Source: Candidatus Woesearchaeota archaeon
Lineage (GTDB): Archaea > Nanobdellota > Nanobdellia > Woesearchaeales > WJIZ01
DNA: 53,216 nucleotides
Direction: 5' to 3'
NCBI GenBank assembly: GCA_018221205.1
Contig: JAAOYF010000028.1
Span: forward strand, 1-53,216
Part shown: positions 38,626-46,683 of the stretch, one piece after another
Numbering within the stretch: the stretch's first letter is position 1
How the letters are laid out: every line of letters begins with the position of its first letter
Program-made: the position numbers and the translations under genes
The notes under the pieces: generated by a model
Told to the model about the DNA's origin: nothing
The model's input: only the letters and a program-made list of their open reading frames with translations
The model's database searches: none

Positions 38626-39207
38626 CTAGAAATGTGCTCGGCCTATCTTGAGCGAGAGAATAAATTTCCTCGCAGTCTCGATCTGCTTGTCATGTGTGAA
38701 GTTTCTATCTTCGTCCATGACTTTTCCCATCCGTTTGCATATGTGGTGGAAGGGCTTTCCTGCATGTTGAACCCATTGCCTACCGATGAAAGAGACTGGG
38801 TCTGACAAAGGCTCAGGATTGACTTCTTCAGGATGCAATGGGGTTGCTACACCATATTCAAAAACTGCCATCAGCTTTGGAAGAGCTTCAATGAGGAAGC
38901 CTGCATTGTCTCTATAATGCGTAGGTAGAAATCTTGCCATTATATTCCTGACTTCATGCAATTGTGTGACAAGCATTTGACTGAATTGTCCTTTATGAAC
39001 CTGAAGCAAGCTGCCACTTACTTCATCATAGTGTTTATCGAAACTCTTATCGAATAATCTTGCCAATCTACCTTTCTCATCAATTCTCAGTTCAGCATGT
39101 ACAAGAAATATATGATTAAAGTCATCTTTCGCTGCTTCAAAATCTAATTTTTGAACTATCTTTCTAACTTTGGGTTCTTTTACTTTCTGCTCTGCTTCGA
39201 TGGCCAT
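38626..39207 (-). CDS. hypothetical protein coupled to cmk
   Basis: TAATG overlap with the cmk stop; no motif recognised. Confidence 0.7.
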   Translation of the reverse strand: MAIEAEQKVKEPKVRKIVQKLDFEAAKDDFNHIFLVHAELRIDEKGRLARLFDKSFDKHYDEVSGSLLQVHKGQFSQMLVTQLHEVRNIMARFLPTHYRDNAGFLIEALPKLMAVFEYGVATPLHPEEVNPEPLSDPVSFIGRQWVQHAGKPFHHICKRMGKVMDEDRNFTHDKQIETARKFILSLKIGRAHF

Positions 39208-39737
39208 TACTTTCTCACTTTCTTCACTATTTTCTCTATCGCTTGCTCTGGTGTTATGCTTGTTGTGTCGATGATGAGGTCGAAATCACTTTTTGTAGGA
39301 AAATCGATGCCGTAATATTCTTTATACCTGATATTCTCAGACCTCATCCTTTCTTTGACATATTTTTCTGCCTCTTTCTGGCTCTTGTATCTCTCTTCTG
39401 CCCTCCTATGGCCTATGATCCTCTTGGCAGCCTCTTTCAGATTGACATTCAAGAATATCTTATATGAATCCGGGATGAAATGAAACCCTAACCTGGAGTC
39501 GATGACAAAACCGTCATGCTCCTGTCCGAACTTCACTTGCTTTTCGTCTAATTCTTCATCGATGGTCGAGTCAACCTCAGCCCTCTTCGAGAGATCCATG
39601 ATGGTGAGATGTCTTTTCTTCGCGATCCCCCTCATAAAGTCGCCGATAGAAACAAATTCCAATCTCAGTTTTTTAGCGAGCATCTTGGAGACGGTGCTTT
39701 TGCCTGAACCCACAGCCCCCGATACCGTGATTTTCAT
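39207..39737 (-). CDS. cmk: cytidylate kinase (archaeal type)
   Basis: ITVSGAVGSGKST, DSRLG, RYKEYYGID, DLIIDT. Confidence 0.93.
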   Translation of the reverse strand: MKITVSGAVGSGKSTVSKMLAKKLRLEFVSIGDFMRGIAKKRHLTIMDLSKRAEVDSTIDEELDEKQVKFGQEHDGFVIDSRLGFHFIPDSYKIFLNVNLKEAAKRIIGHRRAEERYKSQKEAEKYVKERMRSENIRYKEYYGIDFPTKSDFDLIIDTTSITPEQAIEKIVKKVRK

Positions 39738-39818
39738 AATTTTGCCAGAAGAAATATTCTTTATAAATGTTGTTAATTTTTGAGCTGTTAAGTTAGCGTC
39801 ATCTGAGGTATAAAAAAA

Positions 39819-40016
39819 TTAATCCATAAAATATTTTGAATATTTATTTTTTAGATGTGATAACTTTTCTTTATCAATCTGCTCTCCGAATTTCTTTATG
39901 ACAGTTAGATATGCATCTACTCTACCTAAATTACTTTCTGGTGCCGAATTATAATTTTCAATAACTGCTTCAAATTGTTCAACACAGTATTCAAAAATGT
40001 CTTTTGCATCTACCAT
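39819..40016 (-). CDS. 65-aa hypothetical cargo protein
   Basis: SD AGGAGGA; directly downstream of the AbrB gene. Confidence 0.7.
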   Translation of the reverse strand: MVDAKDIFEYCVEQFEAVIENYNSAPESNLGRVDAYLTVIKKFGEQIDKEKLSHLKNKYSKYFMD

Positions 40017-40025
40017 TTATTCCTC

Positions 40026-40187
40026 CTAATCCCTCTCAATAATCAGCTTTCCTTTCTTAACTTCAGCTTCCAGTTCTTCCCCTTCCTTCCAGCCCAATTT
40101 CTCTATGGTGCTAGGCTTTACAACAATAACATACTTAGCATATTCCTTATCCCCTACTTTTCGAGAAAGCTGTTTTTGGAGCTTCAT
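40026..40187 (-). CDS. 53-aa AbrB/MazE/SpoVT-family DNA-binding protein (not in ORF track)
   Basis: MKLQKQLSRKVGDKEYAKYVIVVKPSTIEKLGWKEGEELEAEVKKGKLIIERD; LGWxxGxxL motif. Confidence 0.85.
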   Translation of the reverse strand: MKLQKQLSRKVGDKEYAKYVIVVKPSTIEKLGWKEGEELEAEVKKGKLIIERD

Positions 40188-40195
40188 AATGGGTA

Positions 40196-40232
40196 TAGGT
40201 ACCTACTAGTATAAATAATTTTCGGTACCGAA
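40196..40232 (-). promoter_or_regulatory. abrB promoter bracketed by GGTACC palindromes
   Basis: TAGGTACCTA (40196-40205) and TTCGGTACCGAA (40221-40232) flank TTTATACT. Confidence 0.75.
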
Positions 40233-40321
40233 GGCTTTTACAAAGAGATAATTGAACTGTAGAGTAAAAGTCAGGAAAAGCTAAATTAATAAATAAATAT
40301 TTTTATTTTTAGAAAACATGT

Positions 40322-40489
40322 TTAATGTTTTGCTAATTCTTTAAATAATACTTCGTCTTCTTTAAACACTATTTCTTTAGCTACTTTAACCAATTCTAAT
40401 AACTTTTTATCGTTTTTAGAAATTTCATAAACTTCTTTTTCTGTAAGTTTATATGTATCCTTTTTTTCTTCATTTTTCATTTTCATCAT
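40322..40489 (-). CDS. 55-aa putative antitoxin-like peptide downstream of the Doc gene
   Basis: Overlaps the toxin stop; ends ..EDEVLFKELAKH, resembling Phd-type neutralising helices. Confidence 0.6.
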   Translation of the reverse strand: MMKMKNEEKKDTYKLTEKEVYEISKNDKKLLELVKVAKEIVFKEDEVLFKELAKH

Positions 40490-41090
40490 TTTCCAGAGTT
40501 ATAGTAACAAAAACACCATTTAAATAATTTGCTATATCTTTATCTTCAATCATAACACAATTCCTATCCAACCATTCTTTTATTTCTTGAAAAGTTACTT
40601 TACTTTCATATTTTGCGACCTCTAAAATAAAAGTAACTGCTTCATTAAATTGTATCCTCAAATGGCATTTATTGACTAACATAAAGATCTTTGCTATTGC
40701 ATAAGCCACTCTTTTATTACCATCTGTAAAGTAATGACGTTTAGCAAATTCATTCAAGGCAAAGGTTCCTATACTAGTGGGATTTCTTTGGTTCTTATAT
40801 TGATGGTTTATTAGTTTATAAGTTGAATTGTATATGCCTCCTCTATCCCTAATTCCATGTTCTCCACCACTTAATTCAATTATAGTGTCGTGAACCCTTA
40901 TAATCATCTCTTCCATTTTTAGTACAATGCCTTTGGATATTCTTTTTCTAGGTTTATTCCAATAAGGACTATGGCATTTTGGGTTTGGACAAGAATTGGG
41001 GTTTTGTTCTTTTCTTCTTTTCCAAGTATGGTAACATCTAAAACAAAATAGTATATTATCATTATTAACCATATGTGTATTGTTAACCAT
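40470..41090 (-). CDS. Doc/Fic-family protein with N-terminal zinc ribbon
   Basis: HYFTDGNKRVA Doc-type motif, HD..I..SGG..GIRD; CFRC..W...CPNPKC.SPYW. Confidence 0.9.
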   Translation of the reverse strand: MVNNTHMVNNDNILFCFRCYHTWKRRKEQNPNSCPNPKCHSPYWNKPRKRISKGIVLKMEEMIIRVHDTIIELSGGEHGIRDRGGIYNSTYKLINHQYKNQRNPTSIGTFALNEFAKRHYFTDGNKRVAYAIAKIFMLVNKCHLRIQFNEAVTFILEVAKYESKVTFQEIKEWLDRNCVMIEDKDIANYLNGVFVTITLENDENEK

Positions 41091-41132
41091 ATGTGGTTGG
41101 AAATAACCATATACATTTAAATCTTTCTATTG

Positions 41133-41166
41133 TATATTGTATGGTTATATCTAACCATACAATATA
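41133..41166. promoter_or_regulatory. perfect 15-bp inverted repeat upstream of the doc promoter
   Basis: TATATTGTATGGTTA-TATC-TAACCATACAATATA; further TAACCATA copies at 41066, 41084 and 41104. Confidence 0.75.
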
Positions 41167-41167
41167 T

Positions 41168-41263
41168 TAGCTACCTATCCTTTATAAGTATTTCGGTACC
41201 TAAAACTATACTTCTCAATAGATATGATTAGGTACCTAAGTATTTATATACGTTAGGTACCTA
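41168..41263. promoter_or_regulatory. divergent promoter pair with four GGTACC-type palindromes
   Basis: Cores at 41170 (GCTACC), 41195, 41231 and 41256; each pair is 25 bp apart around a TATA box. Confidence 0.75.
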
Positions 41264-41272
41264 CTAATACAT

Positions 41273-42169
41273 ATGAAACAAACAACCAAATGTAAGCATT
41301 GTGGCGAAAGCCACTACATAAAAAAGGGATTTCGTAAAACAGAAAATCGTGGCAAAATTCAGAAATATAAGTGCTTAGATTGTGGAATGTATTTTACTAG
41401 TGATGAAGGCTTTTATAGAATGAGAAACTCTGAAAAGAAGATAACTCAAGCCATAGACCTTTACTTCTCTAATCTCTCAAGCAGAAAGGTAAGAAACTTC
41501 TTTAGAAGGCATTTAGACCACAATGCAAGCCATATAACAGTATTGGATTGGTGTAGAAGGTATGTTCTAAAGGTACAGAAGTATGTGAATAAACTACACC
41601 CAGAATTAAGTGGAGAGTTCTATGCAGATGAAACAGAGATACCAAGAGGATGTAACACTAAAAGAAAAGGTGGCGATAAATTCTGGTGTGCGGTTGATTG
41701 GGGAACAAGATACATCAACGCTACTCTTTATTCACCTAATAATCAGAGTGTAGACGAAGCGGTTGAATTTTTGAAGAAAACAACAAAACACAGAAAGCCA
41801 AAATTTATCCAAACAGATGCAGCACAATTTTATCCAAAAGCAATGAAGAAACTTTTTAGTTCTTGTATCCCTCATGAAACTACATTCGGAAAAAGAACGA
41901 CAGTAGAACATCGTATTAACAACGTCAGAAAGACAGGAAAACATAATGTAAGGATTGAAACCGTATTCTCGAAAATTAAGGACAGAGTTGATGATTTTCG
42001 AGGGTTGAAAGCGTTATGGAGTGCCCCTATCCTCATGGAAGGCATTATCATACAACACAACTGGATTGAAGCCCATACAACAACAGGAAGGATACCCTCA
42101 GAACTGGCAGGGATGAAGATTGATACAGGGGCTAATCGGTGGTTAGGGATGATTAAATCTTCCTTATAA
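41273..42169 (+). CDS. IS6-family-like DDE transposase with N-terminal zinc ribbon
   Basis: CKHC..CLDC, HTH (LSSRKV..TVLDW), ADET, QTD, NVRIE, HN..H..P. Confidence 0.9.
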   Translation: MKQTTKCKHCGESHYIKKGFRKTENRGKIQKYKCLDCGMYFTSDEGFYRMRNSEKKITQAIDLYFSNLSSRKVRNFFRRHLDHNASHITVLDWCRRYVLKVQKYVNKLHPELSGEFYADETEIPRGCNTKRKGGDKFWCAVDWGTRYINATLYSPNNQSVDEAVEFLKKTTKHRKPKFIQTDAAQFYPKAMKKLFSSCIPHETTFGKRTTVEHRINNVRKTGKHNVRIETVFSKIKDRVDDFRGLKALWSAPILMEGIIIQHNWIEAHTTTGRIPSELAGMKIDTGANRWLGMIKSSL

Positions 42170-43052
42170 TTCTTAATTCCGTAAATTTTTTCTGTTTTTT
42201 CAGTTTTTCTAGCTCCTTTAAAATTATATCATTAATCTTTTTATTAAACTTTGAATTTTTTGAACTGACCTCTAACTTATCTTCTGCTATAGTAATCCAA
42301 TTAGCATAGGAATCTCCAAACATCCAAAAAAGGAAAGGAGAGTAGATTCTTATTTTACAAAAGTTACTATCATAGTCAAAAGAATCTTTAATTTTTAACT
42401 TCTTGTTCCCGAAAAAGCCCTTCTTGCTAAAAGACTTTCTAAAAATTGCTAAAAGGTCCCTATTTTTAGCTAATTTAAACCTATAAGTGTAGATATTTTT
42501 TAACAAATCTTTATTATAATGGAAATGAAGAGCTACGGAAATTGTAATTAGAATAAGCCCAACAAGCGCCATTGAATAAAGTATAATGTTATTTGAAAGT
42601 AGGTTAATTGCTTGAATTTCATATGGAAGTCTTTCTGTTAGTGTGAGTGCTGAAAAATTTACTTCATTCCTATTTAGAACAGTTGTATAAGCTTGTGTTT
42701 CACTAATCTTCAACAGAAATTGTAATCCTGCTTCAACCATAAGGGAAATCCCAATACCTAAAAGAATTCCTGTGAAGAAAGTATTAATTTTTCTCTTTTT
42801 TTGCTGTTCATCAGGAAGCGTTAAATGAATATCAGTAACCTTATTTTTAATATCATCCAAATCCTTCTTAATTTCGTTTGTGTTAGTTGCCACGAATATC
42901 CTCAATATGTTCACTAGACATACTAAGGTATTATACCCCCCTATTTTAATAATTATCTCATTTACATATATAAATCCAGCGAGTATAGCAAAAAAAGACC
43001 ATATCAATAAAAAAGGCAACAAGAAGTAAGTTATAACAACCCAGTTCTCCAT
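42153..43052 (-). CDS. cargo membrane protein, 2-3 TM (start may be GTG 42893)
   Basis: AT-rich ORF with hydrophobic segments; GAGGAT precedes GTG 42893. Confidence 0.7.
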   Translation of the reverse strand: MENWVVITYFLLPFLLIWSFFAILAGFIYVNEIIIKIGGYNTLVCLVNILRIFVATNTNEIKKDLDDIKNKVTDIHLTLPDEQQKKRKINTFFTGILLGIGISLMVEAGLQFLLKISETQAYTTVLNRNEVNFSALTLTERLPYEIQAINLLSNNIILYSMALVGLILITISVALHFHYNKDLLKNIYTYRFKLAKNRDLLAIFRKSFSKKGFFGNKKLKIKDSFDYDSNFCKIRIYSPFLFWMFGDSYANWITIAEDKLEVSSKNSKFNKKINDIILKELEKLKKQKKFTELRIIRKI

Positions 43053-43080
43053 CCGTAGGTGACGTTTACTTAACAGCCCA

Positions 43081-43863
43081 TTAATTTTTCAGACCAGGAT
43101 TTCCGCAGATCCTGATGGCAGTGACGAAGAGAATCAAGTAGAGCGTGATCGCGATCCAGGAGAAATAAACTCCCACCAGGGGTGATTGGACAATAAGATA
43201 GCTCTTGAAGTCAAACGGAATAGTAAGAACCTCGATGAGGATCATGATGGTCGCAGTATGGAACGAAAGAGAGAGCACTTGGGGGAGAGTCACGATGTTC
43301 TTCATCGGCTTGGCGAAGGCATAGAAGAGAAATGCCAGGGGATAGATGATCAGGACGTATTTGACCATATAGGTGAAGAAGAGGAAGACAAAAACACTGG
43401 GCAAGAGGAGCGTGAAGATCAGGATAGTAATTCTTTTTGAGCTTTCCCTGTCAGCGGTGAAATCATATTCACCGAGATCAATGGTCCCTTCCTGGAACCC
43501 TATATCATAGAACAGCCTTTCGTTCGTCAGGAGGAGCACTTCTGTGTCGATCTGTTTGGTATCGGTCGTGTCCAACGTTATAATAGGATTAGTATTGGGC
43601 AGGGAGACGGGCTGGGCAGTCTCGAAATCTGCCTTGATCTTCAGTTCTGCGATGTTCAAGAGAGCCTGATCGAGCTCAGTCTTTATCAGCAGCATCTTCG
43701 GAGCAGCGATGACCAGCATGAGCAGTAATGCGCTAAAGAGCACTGCGAGGAAATATGTTATTGCACTGGAGACTCTCCTCTCCCCTATATAGATATAATA
43801 CCTCGGATGCAGACTCTTCAGGATAAGAAAGATAAAATGCTTCAGCTTTGATCTAACGCCCAT
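43081..43863 (-). CDS. multi-TM membrane protein (DUF1189-like layout)
   Basis: TM, extracellular domain, then 4 TM; stop codon lies inside the TSD. Confidence 0.75.
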   Translation of the reverse strand: MGVRSKLKHFIFLILKSLHPRYYIYIGERRVSSAITYFLAVLFSALLLMLVIAAPKMLLIKTELDQALLNIAELKIKADFETAQPVSLPNTNPIITLDTTDTKQIDTEVLLLTNERLFYDIGFQEGTIDLGEYDFTADRESSKRITILIFTLLLPSVFVFLFFTYMVKYVLIIYPLAFLFYAFAKPMKNIVTLPQVLSLSFHTATIMILIEVLTIPFDFKSYLIVQSPLVGVYFSWIAITLYLILFVTAIRICGNPGLKN

Positions 43864-44882
43864 GTATCTATGACCTCTTTTTCTAATGCTATGATATCAT
43901 TTACCTTGTTTATATTTCTTTCGTCTATCATCTCCTTGAAGAGGACAGAGCTCTGGCGGAATTTTCCTGCCTGCTCCTTATCGTCCAGCCAGTCTGCCAG
44001 CGCTTTCCGGGTGATGAAGCCCTGTTTCAGCTGCTGCTCTGATAGCTCCCTTTTCAATACATTATGGCTGAGGAGGATATCTTTCCTTATGGTGACTTTT
44101 GCCTCTTCCTCGTCTATGGGATCACTTTCCCTCAAGACATACCAGGTGAACAGAGGGCCATAGTCATTCACCTCACTCAGCCATCCGTCGTAGAAATCCT
44201 GGGGAGTGATATCAAGATAAGAAGCGCCGGCCAAGGTGGGGTTGTTGATCTTGATATTCTGATCGTAGCCTACAACCGGAACGAAGATAGGGTCATGGAA
44301 CTTCTCTTTCTCCTGCTGGTATCTCCGCAGCAGTTCGTGATGGAGGTAAAAACGGTCGACTGCGACTATAGGCACTGCATTGGATGAGGTTATCAGCTGG
44401 AGATAGACGATGCTGCCCTGGCCTTTTATGGGGGTGGCTTTGAGATCGTATTTTGCATAGAACTGCCTCAGCTTGCTATTCAGCTCTGCACTTGCGTAGA
44501 ATGCCTTGAATCCATAAAGGGACAGGCGGCTGCCCAAGAATTCTTCCAGGGAGGCACCTTTATCATCCAGCTTAGCAGCCCCGGACAATGCGACGATAAA
44601 AGAATAGGGAAGATCAGGATTGAATCTCCTCATAGATACTGCAGTGGCAGCCACGAAATCAATGCACCCATTACATCCATCATAGATGTTCTCTACAGCC
44701 TTCACGGTATGGCTTGCTGGTGTCTCGGTCCTCAGCTTGAATTCAGGAAGATCTGTTGTCTCTTTTTCCTCAAATGTTCCGGCTGTGGAATTGAAGTCTT
44801 TTACACTCAACTGTACGGCTTGCGGAGTCTCATAGATGCAGCCAGCGAGAATGATAAGTGCAAGTAAAAAGAGAGTTTTCAT
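43842..44882 (-). CDS. lipoprotein with papain/C39-like fold signature, probably non-catalytic
   Basis: Lipobox IILAGC; PIVAVD, FVPVVGYD..I.INNP, F..GW. Confidence 0.6.
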   Translation of the reverse strand: MKTLFLLALIILAGCIYETPQAVQLSVKDFNSTAGTFEEKETTDLPEFKLRTETPASHTVKAVENIYDGCNGCIDFVAATAVSMRRFNPDLPYSFIVALSGAAKLDDKGASLEEFLGSRLSLYGFKAFYASAELNSKLRQFYAKYDLKATPIKGQGSIVYLQLITSSNAVPIVAVDRFYLHHELLRRYQQEKEKFHDPIFVPVVGYDQNIKINNPTLAGASYLDITPQDFYDGWLSEVNDYGPLFTWYVLRESDPIDEEEAKVTIRKDILLSHNVLKRELSEQQLKQGFITRKALADWLDDKEQAGKFRQSSVLFKEMIDERNINKVNDIIALEKEVIDTWALDQS

Positions 44883-44907
44883 GGTTGCAACAAGAAGGAG
44901 ATGATTA

Positions 44908-45396
44908 TTAAATGTTTTGGAAAAAGATGATGTCTTTGTCTTCTTCAATCTCGTTGGTTATCGAGAAGATTTTTTCTATTAATTCCTTTATCCTGGCAGT
45001 TTTTGAGCTGTTTTTTAGTGTTGTTAAAATAAATTTTTTCTTACCTGCCCTTCTTATCTCTTTCAGTCCTTTTTCGATGTCCTGGAAGTTCTGGATGGCT
45101 GTTATCGAGATGACATAATCGAAATAGTTGTCTGGATAAGGGATGTTCTCTGCTGGTGCTATCTTGTAGGTTATCCTGTCTTTTTGTCTTGCTCGCTCGA
45201 TGAGTTTTTTTGCAGGATCTATGCCGAATCTTTTACAGGGCCAGGGCTCTGTTGTCAGGCCAGTGCCGCAGCCGACGTCTAATAACTTATCTTCTTGCTT
45301 TGGTTTGAGAAATCTTGCTATAAGATCTATCTTCTTTCTCTGTTCTGCTTCATGCAGTTCTTCATACCCTTCTGCTATATCATCGTAATAACCCAT
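44908..45396 (-). CDS. class I SAM-dependent methyltransferase
   Basis: LLDVGCGTG, GIDP, AENIPY..FDYV. Confidence 0.92.
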   Translation of the reverse strand: MGYYDDIAEGYEELHEAEQRKKIDLIARFLKPKQEDKLLDVGCGTGLTTEPWPCKRFGIDPAKKLIERARQKDRITYKIAPAENIPYPDNYFDYVISITAIQNFQDIEKGLKEIRRAGKKKFILTTLKNSSKTARIKELIEKIFSITNEIEEDKDIIFFQNI

Positions 45397-45445
45397 AGTT
45401 TCTGTAAATGGGACAATCTTTTTAAAGGTTAGCGGCTTAATTTCG

Positions 45446-46249
45446 GTGATGAAATCTGAGGTCATTGAACTGCTGAAGAAGTATACAGGTAAGAGGACAG
45501 TCTATCTGACGCAGAGGGGCAATAAATCGATCTTTCTTGCATTGAAGATCGTCAAAGCAATGGGCATGACCAAGATCATTGTCCAGGACCAAGGCGGCTG
45601 GATCACCTATCCACAATATATAGATAGGCTGAAGCTGCAGATGGTCGAGTTAAAGACTGACTATGGTCTTTTTGATATGAATTCATTGGGGAAAAGCCTT
45701 GATGGAGAGAGTGCTGTCTTAGTTAACGGCTTATCCGGTTATTTTGCCGATCAGCCTATGGGCATGATCAATTCTCTCTGCAAGCAGAAGAATGCTCTGC
45801 TGATCAATGATGCTTCTGGAAGCATAGGTACGGAGATTGCCCGTTATGGGGATATTGTCATAGGCAGCTTTGGCGAGGACAAGCCAGTCAATCTTCAGTA
45901 TGGCGGCTTTCTGGCTTTTGATGAGCTGGATTTTGATAAAGGCATCTTAGATGATGCAGTGTTTGACGCTGATAAAATACAGCGACTGGCTGATAAATTG
46001 AAGCAGCTTCCTGAACGACTGAAATTTTTTGAGAAGCATACCCATAAAATCAAGAAAGAGCTTGCTGAATTTGAGATTCTTCATTCTGACAGGAAAGGAC
46101 TTAATGTCATTGTCAAATATAAGGATGACCATGAAAGGGAAAGGATTATAAAATACTGCGAGAAAGGAGGATATCAATACGTGGAATGTCCTCGTTATCA
46201 TAAAGTGAATGTTCCTGCAATCAGTATTGAAGTGAAGAGGTTAAAATGA
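45446..46249 (+). CDS. short DegT/DnrJ-like PLP-dependent enzyme
   Basis: INDASGSIG and GSFGEDKPVNLQYGG (candidate PLP Lys). Confidence 0.75.
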   Translation: MMKSEVIELLKKYTGKRTVYLTQRGNKSIFLALKIVKAMGMTKIIVQDQGGWITYPQYIDRLKLQMVELKTDYGLFDMNSLGKSLDGESAVLVNGLSGYFADQPMGMINSLCKQKNALLINDASGSIGTEIARYGDIVIGSFGEDKPVNLQYGGFLAFDELDFDKGILDDAVFDADKIQRLADKLKQLPERLKFFEKHTHKIKKELAEFEILHSDRKGLNVIVKYKDDHERERIIKYCEKGGYQYVECPRYHKVNVPAISIEVKRLK

Positions 46250-46638
46250 AACTGCCAGAATCTGCTGAAGAATGCTTTTATTTTACAAATAGGGCTATTG
46301 ACGAAAAAGGATATGCTAAAGCTTTTGTTTTAAAACCAGATTGCCCTAAGTGTGGCAAGGCAAAGATGGGCAAACCAATCGCTAAAGGCAAGGTCAAGAT
46401 ACGGGCTAAAGAATATGTCTGCCCTGCCTGCAATTATACGGTCAGCAAGGAAGAGTTTGAGCCGACCCTGCCGATGAACGTAATCTATACCTGTCCTTTC
46501 TGTGAACATAGGGGTGAAACCACAACACCTTATAAGAGAAAGAGGTTCAAGAAAGTGGATGCGTATGTGTTTGAGTGCGACAGTTGCCATGAGCAAGTCC
46601 CTATAACAAAGAAACTGAAGGATATCAAAGAAAAATAG
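46246..46638 (+). CDS. multi zinc-ribbon protein
   Basis: Four CxxC motifs (CPKC, CPAC, CPFC, CDSC); ATGA-type overlap with the upstream gene. Confidence 0.8.
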   Translation: MKLPESAEECFYFTNRAIDEKGYAKAFVLKPDCPKCGKAKMGKPIAKGKVKIRAKEYVCPACNYTVSKEEFEPTLPMNVIYTCPFCEHRGETTTPYKRKRFKKVDAYVFECDSCHEQVPITKKLKDIKEK

Positions 46639-46683
46639 ATTTCTGCGTTATATTTATATATAGTCTATCTATCCTAGATATAG

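Larger units (their letters stand above)
39781..43080. mobile_element. IS6-like cargo-carrying transposon, 3300 bp
   Basis: TIRs 39781-39804 and 43057-43080 (20/24 identical); direct repeat TTAATTTT at 39773-39780 and 43081-43088; DDE transposase inside; AT-rich. Confidence 0.88.

Noticed and set aside
40919-41116. 65-aa ORF overlapping the doc start
   Set aside because: Alternative frame over the Zn-ribbon coding region and operator repeats.
40196-41263. Repeated palindromes considered as a CRISPR array
   Set aside because: Only 10-12 bp, no regular repeat-spacer period and no cas genes; no CRISPR array seen in the window.
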